A DNA stretch of 64,000 nt from an uncultured Desulfospira sp. (GCA_963663165.1 OY760175.1:512001-576000); one strand, 5' to 3'; positions 20,087 to 30,469 are shown, counted from the stretch's first letter. A program made the numbers and translations. Notes: a model not told the origin generated them from the letters alone.

Positions 20087-20628
20087 TCTTTATGCCGAAC
20101 CTTTCAAAACGTGAAATAATGGTCTTAAGCCTTGGCGTCGGCTTTCTGGTGATTTTTTTCGGGATTCAGCTGGGCATTGCCCCGGTGTTTGAAAAGCGGG
20201 ACAATCTGACCCGGATCCTGTTTGACCGGCAAAAGGGCCTGGAGGAAATGACCCTGTTAAGCCGGCAATATGCCAAGGCAGTGGGAAGCCAGGACCTTCA
20301 TGCCGGGGATCTGGCCCGCAGAACAAAAGGATTTTCCCTGTTTTCCTTTTTAGACACCCAGGCCGAACAAAGCGGGGTAAAGGCCAATGTGGCCTATATG
20401 AAGCCCTTTACCCGGAAACTGGATAAATCCGAGCATTCCCTTTCCACGGTTAAGGTCAAACTGACCGGGGTTTACCTTAAAAACCTGATGGATTTTCTTT
20501 TCAGGATTGAATCATCCGCCAATGCCGTTGACATCACCTCCCTTTCGTTGACAAAGACAGGAAAAGAACAAAAAACCATGGATGCGGTTATTGAAACCCA
20601 AACCCTGATGCTCAAGGACACCCCCTAA
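20083..20628 (+). CDS. gspM: T2SS protein M
   Basis: LSKRE + TM helix; operon position. Confidence 0.75.
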   Translation: MIFMPNLSKREIMVLSLGVGFLVIFFGIQLGIAPVFEKRDNLTRILFDRQKGLEEMTLLSRQYAKAVGSQDLHAGDLARRTKGFSLFSFLDTQAEQSGVKANVAYMKPFTRKLDKSEHSLSTVKVKLTGVYLKNLMDFLFRIESSANAVDITSLSLTKTGKEQKTMDAVIETQTLMLKDTP

Positions 20629-20629
20629 C

Positions 20630-21538
20630 ATGACATTAAAATCCATATGGCTTTATTTGCTGGTGTTTATTGTGGCGTTTATGGTGTTTGCCTTTGTCAG
20701 TTTTCCCGCCTCCAGGGCCGGCCGTTATGTGGAGGAAATCCTGAATGCCGGTGATTCCGTTGTGAGCTTCAGCATCGGGGCTGTCCGTCCGGGCCTGCCC
20801 TTTAAGCTCAAATTTACCGATGTGGCACTTGAAACCTTCAATGGGCTTAACATCGTTCCTGACGGGGTTCAGGCCAGTGTCAGCCCGTTTTTCCTGTTGA
20901 ATTCCCAACAAGAAATTCATATTAAATCGAGCATTTACGGCGGACAGGTCAACGGGGTGTTTCAAACCCGGGGCAGCGAATTAAACGCCTTTTCCTGCAA
21001 GGCGTTGTCATGGACCCAAATTAATGTGGACCAGTATCAGTATAAAACCGGGCTTGGTTCGGTAACCCTTTCCTGTGAAATTCAAGGAGAATTCCTTTCA
21101 GATTCGCCGGAACCTTCGAATGCGGATAAGAAAGGCAGGCCCCGTAAGAAAACAAACGACGTCACCGGAAACGGCACCGCCCAGGTTTTAAATTTTCATT
21201 CTGAAATGAAGGACACCTGGCTGAATCTGATTTCCCTTCCCCAGGTGGATTTTGACCAGATCGGCATTGAATTTAAAAGCCTTCCCGGAAAGGTTGAGCT
21301 GACCCGGTGCACGGCAAGAGGACCGTTGATTAATGTGTCTTTAAAAGGGGACCTTGTCTTTGCTGTTCCCATGGAAAAAACCAGGCTGTCACTGAAAGGA
21401 AAAATCCTGGCGGATTCTCCCTATCTTGCCAAATTTGCAAACCGGGCCGAGGTCAAGTCAATGGCCGGAAACATCACCAAAAACGGAATTTCATTCTACA
21501 TAAAAGGGACTTTGGGATCTCCAAAAATCGGCATATGA
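20630..21538 (+). CDS. gspN: T2SS protein N
   Basis: N-terminal TM ending FP, beta-rich body, C-terminal IKGTLGSP. Confidence 0.75.
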   Translation: MTLKSIWLYLLVFIVAFMVFAFVSFPASRAGRYVEEILNAGDSVVSFSIGAVRPGLPFKLKFTDVALETFNGLNIVPDGVQASVSPFFLLNSQQEIHIKSSIYGGQVNGVFQTRGSELNAFSCKALSWTQINVDQYQYKTGLGSVTLSCEIQGEFLSDSPEPSNADKKGRPRKKTNDVTGNGTAQVLNFHSEMKDTWLNLISLPQVDFDQIGIEFKSLPGKVELTRCTARGPLINVSLKGDLVFAVPMEKTRLSLKGKILADSPYLAKFANRAEVKSMAGNITKNGISFYIKGTLGSPKIGI

Positions 21539-22527
21539 AACTTTTATTTACCGTCATACACGTCCTTTTGATCACCGCCGGGGCATATTTGTGTGTGGAT
21601 ATCATGTACAAACAGCTGATTCCTGAAAAGTGGACTGTCCCGGCATATGAACCATCAGGAAAGACGCCGGATCAGGCTGATCCAAAGGTGGCCGGCCCTA
21701 AAATGGACAAAAATCAATTTTTGCCGGTGATTAATCGAAATATTTTTAATGTGGAAGTTGAAGAGCCTGTGGTTGTGGTTGAAGAACAAAAGGCGGAACC
21801 GGAAGTGGATCTGGACCAACTCGAACATACCCAGCTTAAGATTTCCCTTTGGGGCACCGTGACCGGCAGTGATCCGGTATACGCCGTCATTGAAGATAAA
21901 AAAGAGCGCAAACAATCTTTATACGGCATCGGGGATACCATCCAGGAGGCCCAGATAAAGAAAATTATGCGCCGGAGCGTGGTCCTCAATTACAAAGGCA
22001 AGGACCAGATTCTGGAAATGATGGAAAAAGAGGAAAAGGGCGGCCCGGCAAGACGGTCGGCCTCTTCAAAGAAAAATACCCGGCGGCCGCCCAAGCCGGA
22101 CCTTCCCAGCAAGCCGCCGGGTATGGAGGAGCTGGCAGGGAATGACCAGTTGTCTTCGTTAATGAAACAGGTTAAGATCCGGCCCCATTTTTCTCAGGGG
22201 GAGCCTGACGGCCTTATGGTTTACGGGATCCGTCCCCAGTCCGTGTTCAGGCAGATCGGCATGAGAAACGGGGATATCATCACGGATATCAACGGAACCC
22301 AGATCACCACAGCGGATGATGCCCTGCAAATGTATGAGGAAATACAGGATGCTGACAGCGCCACCATCTCGGTTCTAAGGCGGGGCAAAGAAAAAGAGAT
22401 CGCCTTTGAAAAACAGGAAGACGGGCAGTATATAGCGGTGCCGGTTGAAAAAACGGAAAAAGCCGAAGAATCCGGAGAAGCGGAAGAACCTGAAGGTATC
22501 GAAGAACCTGAGGAAGAACAGCCGTAA
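21535..22527 (+). CDS. gspC: T2SS protein C with PDZ domain
   Basis: TM, HR domain (LWGTV...AVIED), PDZ GMRNGDIITDING. Confidence 0.85.
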   Translation: MKLLFTVIHVLLITAGAYLCVDIMYKQLIPEKWTVPAYEPSGKTPDQADPKVAGPKMDKNQFLPVINRNIFNVEVEEPVVVVEEQKAEPEVDLDQLEHTQLKISLWGTVTGSDPVYAVIEDKKERKQSLYGIGDTIQEAQIKKIMRRSVVLNYKGKDQILEMMEKEEKGGPARRSASSKKNTRRPPKPDLPSKPPGMEELAGNDQLSSLMKQVKIRPHFSQGEPDGLMVYGIRPQSVFRQIGMRNGDIITDINGTQITTADDALQMYEEIQDADSATISVLRRGKEKEIAFEKQEDGQYIAVPVEKTEKAEESGEAEEPEGIEEPEEEQP

Positions 22528-22592
22528 AAGCAATTAAAGCCAAAACAATAAAAGAAAGATAAGAAATAAACGCAATATTAGTGAGGAGATGA

Positions 22593-24611
22593 ATGATAAT
22601 GTTTAAATTTAGAAAATTGGTGCTGCCAATTTTTCTTATCTTTGCCATGGGCCTTACCCTGATGCTGTCTGCCCAAAATGGAATGGCAGCGGATCAGGAG
22701 AATCTTGAACCGGAAAGTGAACTGTCTGAAGACCAGGATTCCAAATATGTGTCCATTGACTTTAATAACGTTGATATCAACGTTTTTATCAAGTTCATGA
22801 GCAAGCTGACCGGCAAAAATTTTGTAGTGGATTCAAAGGTCAAAGGAAACGTTACCATTATTTCTCCTACCAAGATATCGGTAAACAACGCCTATAAGGT
22901 ATTTGAGTCTGTTTTGGACATCAACGGCTTTTCCATGGTGGAATCCGGGGCTGTAACAAAGATTATTCCAACACCCACGGCCAAAAGTGACAACTTAGAC
23001 ACCCGGGTGGTGACCCAGCCGGTACGGGAGGGAACCGCCAATGACCAGATCGTTACACGGATCGTCCCCCTGACCTATGCCGATGCCAGCGGGATCAAAA
23101 GCCTGTTCACCCCCCTGGTCCCCAAGGGCAGCGTTGTCTTATCCTATGATGACACCAATATGTTGATCATCACCGCCACCTTAAGCAGTATTGACCGGCT
23201 CATGAAAATCATCAAAACCATTGATGTGCAGTCCGTGGGCCAGAAAATATCCGTGATCCCGGTCCAGTTTGCCGATGCCGAAAAAATTGTCAAAAGCCTG
23301 TCTTCTGTGTTTACCGCCCAGGTCAAAAGCCGTAAAGGCTCCAAAAAAAGTTCGGCCAGCTCCCTTAAGTTTGTGGCCGATGAACGGACCAACTCGGTGA
23401 TCACCCTGGCCAGCAAAGTGGAGACCGAGCAGATCAGGGAACTGATCGAACTGCTGGACCGGGAAATGCCAAAGGGGGAGGAAAAAATCCGGGTTTATTA
23501 TCTTGAACACGCCATTGCTGAAGATCTGGTCGGGGTCCTTACGGAAATCCCTTCCAGCAGCAGTTCCAGCAAGAAAACCACCGAGGGCCAGAAAAAAGCC
23601 CCGCTCCTGTCCGACAGCATTAAAATCCTGGCAGATAAAGCCACCAACAGCCTGATCATCATGGCGGACAAAGAAGATTATCCGGTGCTGGAAGAGGTTA
23701 TTGCCAAACTCGATATCCCGAGAGCCATGGTCTATATCGAATGCCTGATCATGGAGGTGAATGTTACCAAAGGGCTGAGCATCGGCACTGAATGGGCCGC
23801 TGCCGGCGGAGATGAAGACAATACCGGAGTTGTCGGCGGTTTTGGCAGCGTGGGAGATGACGGATACTCCAACCTTTCCTCCCTCCAGGGCGGATCTCTT
23901 CCCCAGGGGTTTTCCGTGGGGGTGTTGGGAGAGACATTCTCTATCGGCGGGGTGGAGTTCCCCGGTATTTCAGCCGTGGTCAACGCTTACCAGAGTGATG
24001 AAGACGTCAATATTATTTCAACCCCTCAGATCCTGACCATGGAAAACGAGGAAGCCACCATTACCGTGGGCAAGAATGTTCCCTACCAGACCCGGTCGGC
24101 CGCCAGTGACGCCAGTGAAACCTACAGCTCCTACGAGTATAAGGACGTTGGCGTTACCTTGAAAATCACCCCCCAGATCAGCAAAGACCGGCTGGTCCGG
24201 CTCAATGTGTACCAGGAATTAACCAAGCTTACATCCGCCAGCGGTGCCACCTCTTCCGACCGTCCCACCACCCTAAAGAGGGAGATCGAAACCACTATTA
24301 TTGTTGAGGATGCCAACAGTGTGGTCATCGGCGGCCTGATTGATGAAAGTGTCAGCAACTCCAGCGGGCAGACCCCCTGCCTTGGCAGCGTCCCTTTTTT
24401 GGGATGGGCCTTTAAAAATACCTCAGAAGGCCTGGATAAAACCAATCTCTATGTTTTCTTAACCCCCAGGGTGGTGAAAAATCCCCTGGAAGCCAAGAAG
24501 ATTTACGATGAGAAGCAGACAAATATCAAGGCATTGGAAAGGGGCGAGATTATTCTTTACAATAAGTTGAACCGGATCCCCAAAGATGATGCCGGCCAAA
24601 CTCTGGAATAA
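22593..24611 (+). CDS. gspD: T2SS secretin
   Basis: IDFNNVDI, N-domain repeats DERTNS/DKATNSLII, YKDVGVTLKITPQI, VIGGLI. Confidence 0.95.
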   Translation: MIMFKFRKLVLPIFLIFAMGLTLMLSAQNGMAADQENLEPESELSEDQDSKYVSIDFNNVDINVFIKFMSKLTGKNFVVDSKVKGNVTIISPTKISVNNAYKVFESVLDINGFSMVESGAVTKIIPTPTAKSDNLDTRVVTQPVREGTANDQIVTRIVPLTYADASGIKSLFTPLVPKGSVVLSYDDTNMLIITATLSSIDRLMKIIKTIDVQSVGQKISVIPVQFADAEKIVKSLSSVFTAQVKSRKGSKKSSASSLKFVADERTNSVITLASKVETEQIRELIELLDREMPKGEEKIRVYYLEHAIAEDLVGVLTEIPSSSSSSKKTTEGQKKAPLLSDSIKILADKATNSLIIMADKEDYPVLEEVIAKLDIPRAMVYIECLIMEVNVTKGLSIGTEWAAAGGDEDNTGVVGGFGSVGDDGYSNLSSLQGGSLPQGFSVGVLGETFSIGGVEFPGISAVVNAYQSDEDVNIISTPQILTMENEEATITVGKNVPYQTRSAASDASETYSSYEYKDVGVTLKITPQISKDRLVRLNVYQELTKLTSASGATSSDRPTTLKREIETTIIVEDANSVVIGGLIDESVSNSSGQTPCLGSVPFLGWAFKNTSEGLDKTNLYVFLTPRVVKNPLEAKKIYDEKQTNIKALERGEIILYNKLNRIPKDDAGQTLE

Positions 24612-24614
24612 CCC

Positions 24615-26303
24615 ATGATTGATGAGATTTTAAATATCATTGAAGAAAGGACCCCCCTTCCTGCCAATACCCGCACCAGACTTGAGGCGGTTTACCTGGA
24701 AAACCCCTCGGGGCTCATGGAGTCGGTGATTGAGAGCAAACTGGTTCTGGAAAATGAAATCCTCGAGGCGTTGGGGCAGGTCTACGGCATGAAGGTGCTG
24801 CCCATCCTTTCCCTGGATAAAGTCCGGGACGACTGGACCACCCGGATTTCCCGCAGTTTTTTAAAACAGTTTGCCATGGTTCCTTTGGGAACGGCCAAGG
24901 AAAATGTAATTGCCATTAATGATCCCTCGGACTTAAGCGGGGCGGATGACCTCTCGGCGCTCTTGGGATTCGACGATTATACGCTTGTTCTGGCACCCAG
25001 AAATCAGATCATCAACGCCGTGAACAGCCTGTATGACCGGTCCGGAGAAAGCGCCCAGAAGCTTGTGGAAGACATGGAAGGGGGCGCCTTCACCATTATT
25101 GATGATTTTGAAGAAACCGCCGATCTTCTGGATGACACCAGCGATGCACCGGTGATCCGCCTGGTCAACCACATGATCTCCCAGGGGGTAAAGGCCGGGG
25201 CCAGCGATATTCACATTGAGCCTTTCCAGGACGAACTTAAGGTCAGATACCGGATTGACGGCATCCTTTACGAGATGCTGCACCCGCCCAAAGGGGTCCA
25301 GTCCTCCCTGATTTCCCGGATAAAGGTCATGGCCAAGATGAATATTGCCGAAAAACGGATGCCCCAGGACGGACGGGCCCAGGTGAGGATCGGGGACCAG
25401 GAGATCGACATCCGGATTTCCACCATCCCCACCGCCTATGGGGAGCGCCTGGTCATGCGGCTGCTCAATAAATCCGGCTATTTTCTGGAATTTTCCGAAT
25501 TCGGCATTTCCGAGAAAAATTATGCCACCATTTATAAAATCATTCGCCAGCACAACGGGATCGTCCTTGTCACAGGCCCTACCGGTTCCGGTAAAACCAC
25601 CAGTCTTTATGCGGCTTTAACAGAAATCAATTCCCCGGATAAAAATATCATCACCATTGAAGACCCGGTGGAATATAACCTTAAAGGCATCGGGCAGATC
25701 CAGGTCAACACCAAAATCGGGGTGACCTTTGCCCGGGGACTGAGGGCCATTGTCCGCCAGGACCCGGATATTGTCCTCATCGGGGAGATCCGTGATCTGG
25801 AGACTGCAGAAATCGCCATTCAGTCCGCTTTGACCGGCCATCTGGTATTTTCAACCCTTCACACCAACGACGCTGCCGGGGCGGTGACCCGTCTGGTGGA
25901 TCTGGGCGTTGAACCGTATTTGATTTCATCCTCGGTCAACGCCGTGATCGCCCAGCGCCTGGTTCGGCTGTTGTGCAATGAGTGCAAAGAAGAGTTTACC
26001 ATTGAACCCTCCCAGGTGCAGGCCATGAACGGCTGGGGAGAGGAATACATCGGCAAAAAAGTCTACAAACCCAAGGGCTGCCCCAAATGTTTTAACACCG
26101 GGTATTCGGGCCGGGAAGCCATTTTCGAGATCATGGAAATGAACGACCAGCTCAAAAGCCTTGTCTTGAGCACCTCTGATGCCAACCAGATCAAGGCCGC
26201 AGCCCTTAAAAACGGCATGAACACCCTGCGCCAGGACGGGATGGCAAAGGTCCTCAAGGGACTGACCTCCATTGGTGAGGTCTTAAGGGTTACCCAGGAG
26301 TAA
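24615..26303 (+). CDS. gspE: T2SS ATPase
   Basis: ASDIHIEP, GPTGSGKTT, EDPVEY, RQDPD, TGHLVFSTLHTND, tetracysteine motif. Confidence 0.96.
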   Translation: MIDEILNIIEERTPLPANTRTRLEAVYLENPSGLMESVIESKLVLENEILEALGQVYGMKVLPILSLDKVRDDWTTRISRSFLKQFAMVPLGTAKENVIAINDPSDLSGADDLSALLGFDDYTLVLAPRNQIINAVNSLYDRSGESAQKLVEDMEGGAFTIIDDFEETADLLDDTSDAPVIRLVNHMISQGVKAGASDIHIEPFQDELKVRYRIDGILYEMLHPPKGVQSSLISRIKVMAKMNIAEKRMPQDGRAQVRIGDQEIDIRISTIPTAYGERLVMRLLNKSGYFLEFSEFGISEKNYATIYKIIRQHNGIVLVTGPTGSGKTTSLYAALTEINSPDKNIITIEDPVEYNLKGIGQIQVNTKIGVTFARGLRAIVRQDPDIVLIGEIRDLETAEIAIQSALTGHLVFSTLHTNDAAGAVTRLVDLGVEPYLISSSVNAVIAQRLVRLLCNECKEEFTIEPSQVQAMNGWGEEYIGKKVYKPKGCPKCFNTGYSGREAIFEIMEMNDQLKSLVLSTSDANQIKAAALKNGMNTLRQDGMAKVLKGLTSIGEVLRVTQE

Positions 26304-26308
26304 AAAAG

Positions 26309-26455
26309 TTGGGATCTGGGACTTTGGGGATATGGGGGGTGGGAATATTAAGGTTTATAATGTATAAAATTGAGACTTGGGATATGGGATATGGGACTTG
26401 GGGAGGCCGTGGATGCCGCAATCCCCAGGTCCCATATCCCAAGTCCCAAGTCCAA
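26309..26455. repeat. Heptamer tandem array (TGGGAYW)n followed by its inverse complement
   Basis: GACTTGGGATATGGGATATGGGACTTGGGG...CCCCAGGTCCCATATCCCAAGTCCCAAGTC. Confidence 0.85.
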
Positions 26456-26486
26456 TTTTTTGGAGACTATATGTACAGGCAGGGCA

Positions 26487-26906
26487 ATGGTAAATAAGAG
26501 AATTTTAAAAATTGAATTATACCTTTTTGTTTCTCTTATTATCGGCATATCCCTGGTGCCCGAAACCCATGCCGGAAATCCCCTGGTCAAATTCTACCAG
26601 GATCATATCTCCGCCATTGACGGGGACCGGTGCCCCATGCACCCGAGCTGTTCCGAATACTGCCGGCAGGTATTTGACAAACACGGGCCTGTAACGGGCT
26701 GGGTCATGGCCTGTGACCGCCTGGTCCGGTGCGGCAGGGACGAGGTGAAGCTTTCCCCCCATGTTCTGGTCCACGGACGGAACAAAACCCTGGACCGGGT
26801 CAAAGACAATGATTTCTGGTGGTTTGACAATTCAGGCCAACAAGCCCAACCCGATTCAAACCCTGAAAAGACCCGCTGGTGGTTCAATGAGGAAAACCAT
26901 AAATGA
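26487..26906 (+). CDS. YidD-like (haemolytic domain) protein with N-terminal signal-like segment
   Basis: FYQDHISAIDGDRCPMHPSCSEY...DRLVRC. Confidence 0.75.
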   Translation: MVNKRILKIELYLFVSLIIGISLVPETHAGNPLVKFYQDHISAIDGDRCPMHPSCSEYCRQVFDKHGPVTGWVMACDRLVRCGRDEVKLSPHVLVHGRNKTLDRVKDNDFWWFDNSGQQAQPDSNPEKTRWWFNEENHK

Positions 26907-27850
26907 AGCCGGCCATTGGCAGGGCAGGGGGGCAGTGGATCGGACTTTTTTTTATCCTTTTTTGGGTTTTAATCATGCCGGGGCAAGGCCGGTCACAGTC
27001 CCTGGTGATTTCCCCGGACATGCAGTACGATTATGCCGTTAAGCTTTTAACGGACAAAGACTTTTCCACGGCCATAGTCGAATTTAAGCGGTTTCTTCAT
27101 TTTTTTCCGGACAGCGAAAAAGCAGACCATGCCCGATTCCTTTTAGGGGCCTGTCTGGTGGAAACCCAAAATTTTTATGAAGCAGCCAGGGTGTTTAACG
27201 ATATCATCCTGGCCGACAACCCTGGCCCCGTCACCCGGGAAGCATACTTTTACCAGAGCCGGGCCTTTGAGCAGATGGGCAATTTCGGATACGCCCAGAT
27301 TGTCCTTCAAAATTACCTGAAGCTCGCCCTTGACCCGGACACAAAGGACCGGATACATTACCAGCTTGGCCGGCTTTTTCTATCCATGGCCGCCCAGGGT
27401 AAAGACAATGCCCTGGAAAATGCCAAAAACGCCTTTAAAGCCATATCCCTGTCCGGAAAAGCGGCCTATGAGGTTGACCATCACCTTTCCCTGATTCAAA
27501 AAGCCGGGCAGGCACCCCGAAAAGACCCGGCCCTTGCCGGAATCCTTGCCCTTATTCCCGGCGGCGGATTTGCCTACTGCGGCAGATATAAAGATGCCCT
27601 GACCACCCTTTTGTTCAATGCCGGGCTCATCGCCGGTGCCTGGAAGGCCTGGGACGACGACAACAAGGCCCTGGCCGGGGTGGCCGGCTTTGTGGAAGCC
27701 GGCTTTTATACCGGCAATATTTACGGTGCCATGTCCGCCGCCCATAAGCACAACAAAGCCCAGACCGTAAAAATCCTTGATAAAACCCTCACCCTTGAAC
27801 CCTCCCTGAACCAGGACGAATACAAGCTGATGTTTAAATTGGATTTTTAG
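26903..27850 (+). CDS. TPR/BamD-like protein with C-terminal membrane segment
   Basis: AIVEFKRFLHFFPDS helical repeats; PALAGILALIPGGG. Confidence 0.7.
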   Translation: MKPAIGRAGGQWIGLFFILFWVLIMPGQGRSQSLVISPDMQYDYAVKLLTDKDFSTAIVEFKRFLHFFPDSEKADHARFLLGACLVETQNFYEAARVFNDIILADNPGPVTREAYFYQSRAFEQMGNFGYAQIVLQNYLKLALDPDTKDRIHYQLGRLFLSMAAQGKDNALENAKNAFKAISLSGKAAYEVDHHLSLIQKAGQAPRKDPALAGILALIPGGGFAYCGRYKDALTTLLFNAGLIAGAWKAWDDDNKALAGVAGFVEAGFYTGNIYGAMSAAHKHNKAQTVKILDKTLTLEPSLNQDEYKLMFKLDF

Positions 27851-27851
27851 G

Positions 27852-27920
27852 CTTGGGATATGGGACCTGGGATATAGGACTTGGGATATGGCCCCATATC
27901 CCAAGTCCCAAGTCCCATAT
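27852..27920. repeat. Second palindromic heptamer array, between convergent genes
   Basis: CTTGGGATATGGGACCTGGGATATAGGACTTGGGATATGG-CCCCATATCCCAAGTCCCAAGTCCCATAT. Confidence 0.85.
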
Positions 27921-29156
27921 CTATTGTATCAGTTGATTTATCTCGAAGATGGGCAGACAGATAGACATAATAATCCCCCCCACAACAACCCCCATGATCA
28001 GAATAATAAACGGCTCAATAAGGGAGGTGGCCGCCGTAACGGCCGACTGAACTTCCTTTTCGAACAAATCCGCAGTTTTATCCAGCATTTTTTCCATTTC
28101 CCCGCTGGTCTCGCCGACTTTAATCATCTGGGATGCCAGATACGGAAATTCCTTGCTTTTTCCTAAAACTTCCCCTAATTCCCCCCCTTGCTCCACCCGC
28201 TCAGAGGCATTGAGTATCAGGTTATGGATCACCCGGTTTCCGGCAATGCTTTTGGTGATGTCCAGGGCGGTCAGCATGGGAACCCCATTGTCCAGAAGAG
28301 ACCCCAGGGTCCTGGTGAACCGGGCCGCAATCATTTTTCTGAGCAGATTCCCTGTAAGGGGCATGGAAATCATGAGCCGGTCAAGAAAATACGCCCCTTT
28401 TTCATTTTTCCGGATCAGAACAATGAGCAAAAAGAATAAAAAAGGCATCAGTACCACCAACCACCACCATGAACTGAAAAAATCGCTGACCGTGATCAGG
28501 ATTCGTGTGGGCAGCGGCAGGGTCTGGTTCATATCTGAAAAAATATTCACAATCCCCGGGACCACATAGGTGAGAAGCACCAGCAAAACGGCAAAACCGA
28601 TCAATGACATGAGAACCGGATAGGCCATGGCGGCCTGGATTTTTTTTTTTGAATCCTCCTGGCTTTCCGTGAAGTCTGCCAACCGCTCAAGGACAATTTC
28701 CAGGGTTCCCGATGATTCCCCGGCATTGACCATATTGATATAGATAGGAGAGAAAACCCCGGGATAAAGGGCCAAAGCCTTTGCAAAGCTTGCCCCTTCT
28801 TCAACGGCATCCTTGACCCGGGACAGGACCCGGTACATGGTTTTTGACCTGGCCTGGGGAATCAGGGTTTCCACCGCCTTCACCAGGGGGAAGCCCGCTG
28901 ACAGCAAAGTGGACATCTGGCGGGTAATCATGGCCAGCTCAGAAGAGCCAACCTTCGAAAAGAGGGTGAATCCGCTGCCGCCCTTTCTTTCTTTCTCACG
29001 CGGGCCGGCCTCTTTGGTGTCCATTTTTTTCAGGGACGTGGGGTAAACATGCTGCTTGCGCAATTTCCCCTTGGCTTTGGAGATGCTGTCGGCATCCACA
29101 ATGCCGGATATTTTCTTCCCTTTTTTATTCAGCCCTTTATACTCAAATACCGCCAT
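27921..29156 (-). CDS. gspF: T2SS inner-membrane platform protein F
   Basis: MAVFEYKG, TRQMSTLLSAGFPL, AGESSGTLE, AMAYP, GETSGEM, LIEP. Confidence 0.93.
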   Translation of the reverse strand: MAVFEYKGLNKKGKKISGIVDADSISKAKGKLRKQHVYPTSLKKMDTKEAGPREKERKGGSGFTLFSKVGSSELAMITRQMSTLLSAGFPLVKAVETLIPQARSKTMYRVLSRVKDAVEEGASFAKALALYPGVFSPIYINMVNAGESSGTLEIVLERLADFTESQEDSKKKIQAAMAYPVLMSLIGFAVLLVLLTYVVPGIVNIFSDMNQTLPLPTRILITVSDFFSSWWWLVVLMPFLFFLLIVLIRKNEKGAYFLDRLMISMPLTGNLLRKMIAARFTRTLGSLLDNGVPMLTALDITKSIAGNRVIHNLILNASERVEQGGELGEVLGKSKEFPYLASQMIKVGETSGEMEKMLDKTADLFEKEVQSAVTAATSLIEPFIILIMGVVVGGIIMSICLPIFEINQLIQ

Positions 29157-29416
29157 TGCTGCTGTCCTTTTTAGATGGAAATTTTTGTTAAGGCTGTCGA
29201 AAGTCTATATGAAAAAAAAAGCAATTGCAATCCAGGGATAAGCCGCTTTGTTGCAGGGATGTTCCCTTTTTTGCACATGATAGGAAAAAAATTGTAACAC
29301 TTGTATGAAAAAAATTTCATAATCCCCTCATCGTATTAAACTATGAATCGGTACTGATATTTTAATTATTTTTTATTTCAATTAGTTATAAAAACATAAA
29401 CGAAATGGTAAGTTGG

Positions 29417-29433
29417 TTGGCACGAATCTGGCA
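29417..29433 (+). promoter_or_regulatory. Sigma54 (-24/-12) promoter
   Basis: TTGGCACGAATCTGGCA (GG-N10-GC). IHF-like TTTCAATTAGTTA and palindrome TATGAAA-N4-TTTCATA lie upstream. Confidence 0.6.
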
Positions 29434-29849
29434 CTGTACACCACTTGGTGGTGCCTGGTAACCTATCGGGTCAGGCCGTTAAAATATCCGTTGAAAAATG
29501 AAAGGCCCTGACAATATCAGGGTTTTAAAGGCCGCAGGGTGTTGTGTTGAATGCCAATGTGTTGTATGAATTATTTTTTTGTTAGGGAATGATTAATTTT
29601 TTTGGTTTTCCAATAAAATTTTGAGCATATCGGCTTTAAGCTTTTCTTAAAAGTCAATAGGATAACCAAAAACTAATATATATTTTATGTAATTATCACT
29701 TGCCTTTTAACAGGGGAAATGGTTTAAGGGCCTAAGCATGACCGGTCGCCCTGTAATCGACAGGGCGGAGCTATGCCGGCTTTCTGTCGATCGTCCGCTT
29801 CTTCAGATTTTAATTTATACACAGCACCTTTCACACCCATTGCCAAAGC

Positions 29850-30059
29850 ATGGAAAAAGAAACCGCTAAATTATTTAAAAACGGTAATTCTCAGGCCGTC
29901 CGGCTCCCCAAGGCGTTTCGACTGCCGGGAACCGAAGTTAAGATATTCCGGAACGGAAACCAGATCATTCTCGAACCTATTGAACAAACCTGGGATTTTC
30001 TTCTCGAATCTTTGGAAGAGCTGCCTGAAGATTTTCCGGATACCCCCAGCAAGAACTGA
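29850..30059 (+). CDS. vapB: VapB/VagC (AbrB-fold) antitoxin
   Basis: TAKLFKNGNSQAVRLPKAFR. Confidence 0.9.
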   Translation: MEKETAKLFKNGNSQAVRLPKAFRLPGTEVKIFRNGNQIILEPIEQTWDFLLESLEELPEDFPDTPSKN

Positions 30060-30469
30060 TGCAATATCTTTTAGACACCCATATCTGCCTGAACTTGATC
30101 AAAAACCGTTCGCCGGAACTAATTTCAAAGCTTACCGACCTTTCGCCGGCCGACGTGTTTATTTCCGTCATATCGTTTTTTGAATTGTATTACGCCCTCG
30201 AAAAGAGCAAACCCGATGAACAGGCCAAATCCGCATTTGAAAAATTTTTCAAATCACTAAATATAGTGCACTTTGATGCCACTTGTGCCCGGGAATCCGC
30301 AAAAATCCGGCACGAACTTGATCAAAAGCAGTTTCCCATCGATTATACAGACCTGTTAATTGCCGGGATTGCCAGATCAAAGTCCATGGCCCTGGTCACC
30401 AGCATACCGGACAAGTTTGAGCAAATCTCCGGCATTAATCTGCAAAACTGGTCTGACGCGGCCAGTTAA
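30059..30469 (+). CDS. vapC: VapC PIN-domain toxin
   Basis: [25 protein letters not shown]. Confidence 0.85.
   Translation: MQYLLDTHICLNLIKNRSPELISKLTDLSPADVFISVISFFELYYALEKSKPDEQAKSAFEKFFKSLNIVHFDATCARESAKIRHELDQKQFPIDYTDLLIAGIARSKSMALVTSIPDKFEQISGINLQNWSDAAS

Noticed and set aside
26309..26486. N-terminal extension of the YidD-like ORF and nearby short ORFs
   Set aside because: They translate the heptamer repeat array; ATG 26487 is the more plausible start.
29747..29775. ops/JUMPStart element before the polysaccharide genes
   Set aside because: A hairpin is present (CGCCCTGT/ACAGGGCG), but GGCGGAGC does not match GGCGGTAG and no NusG paralogue is in the window.
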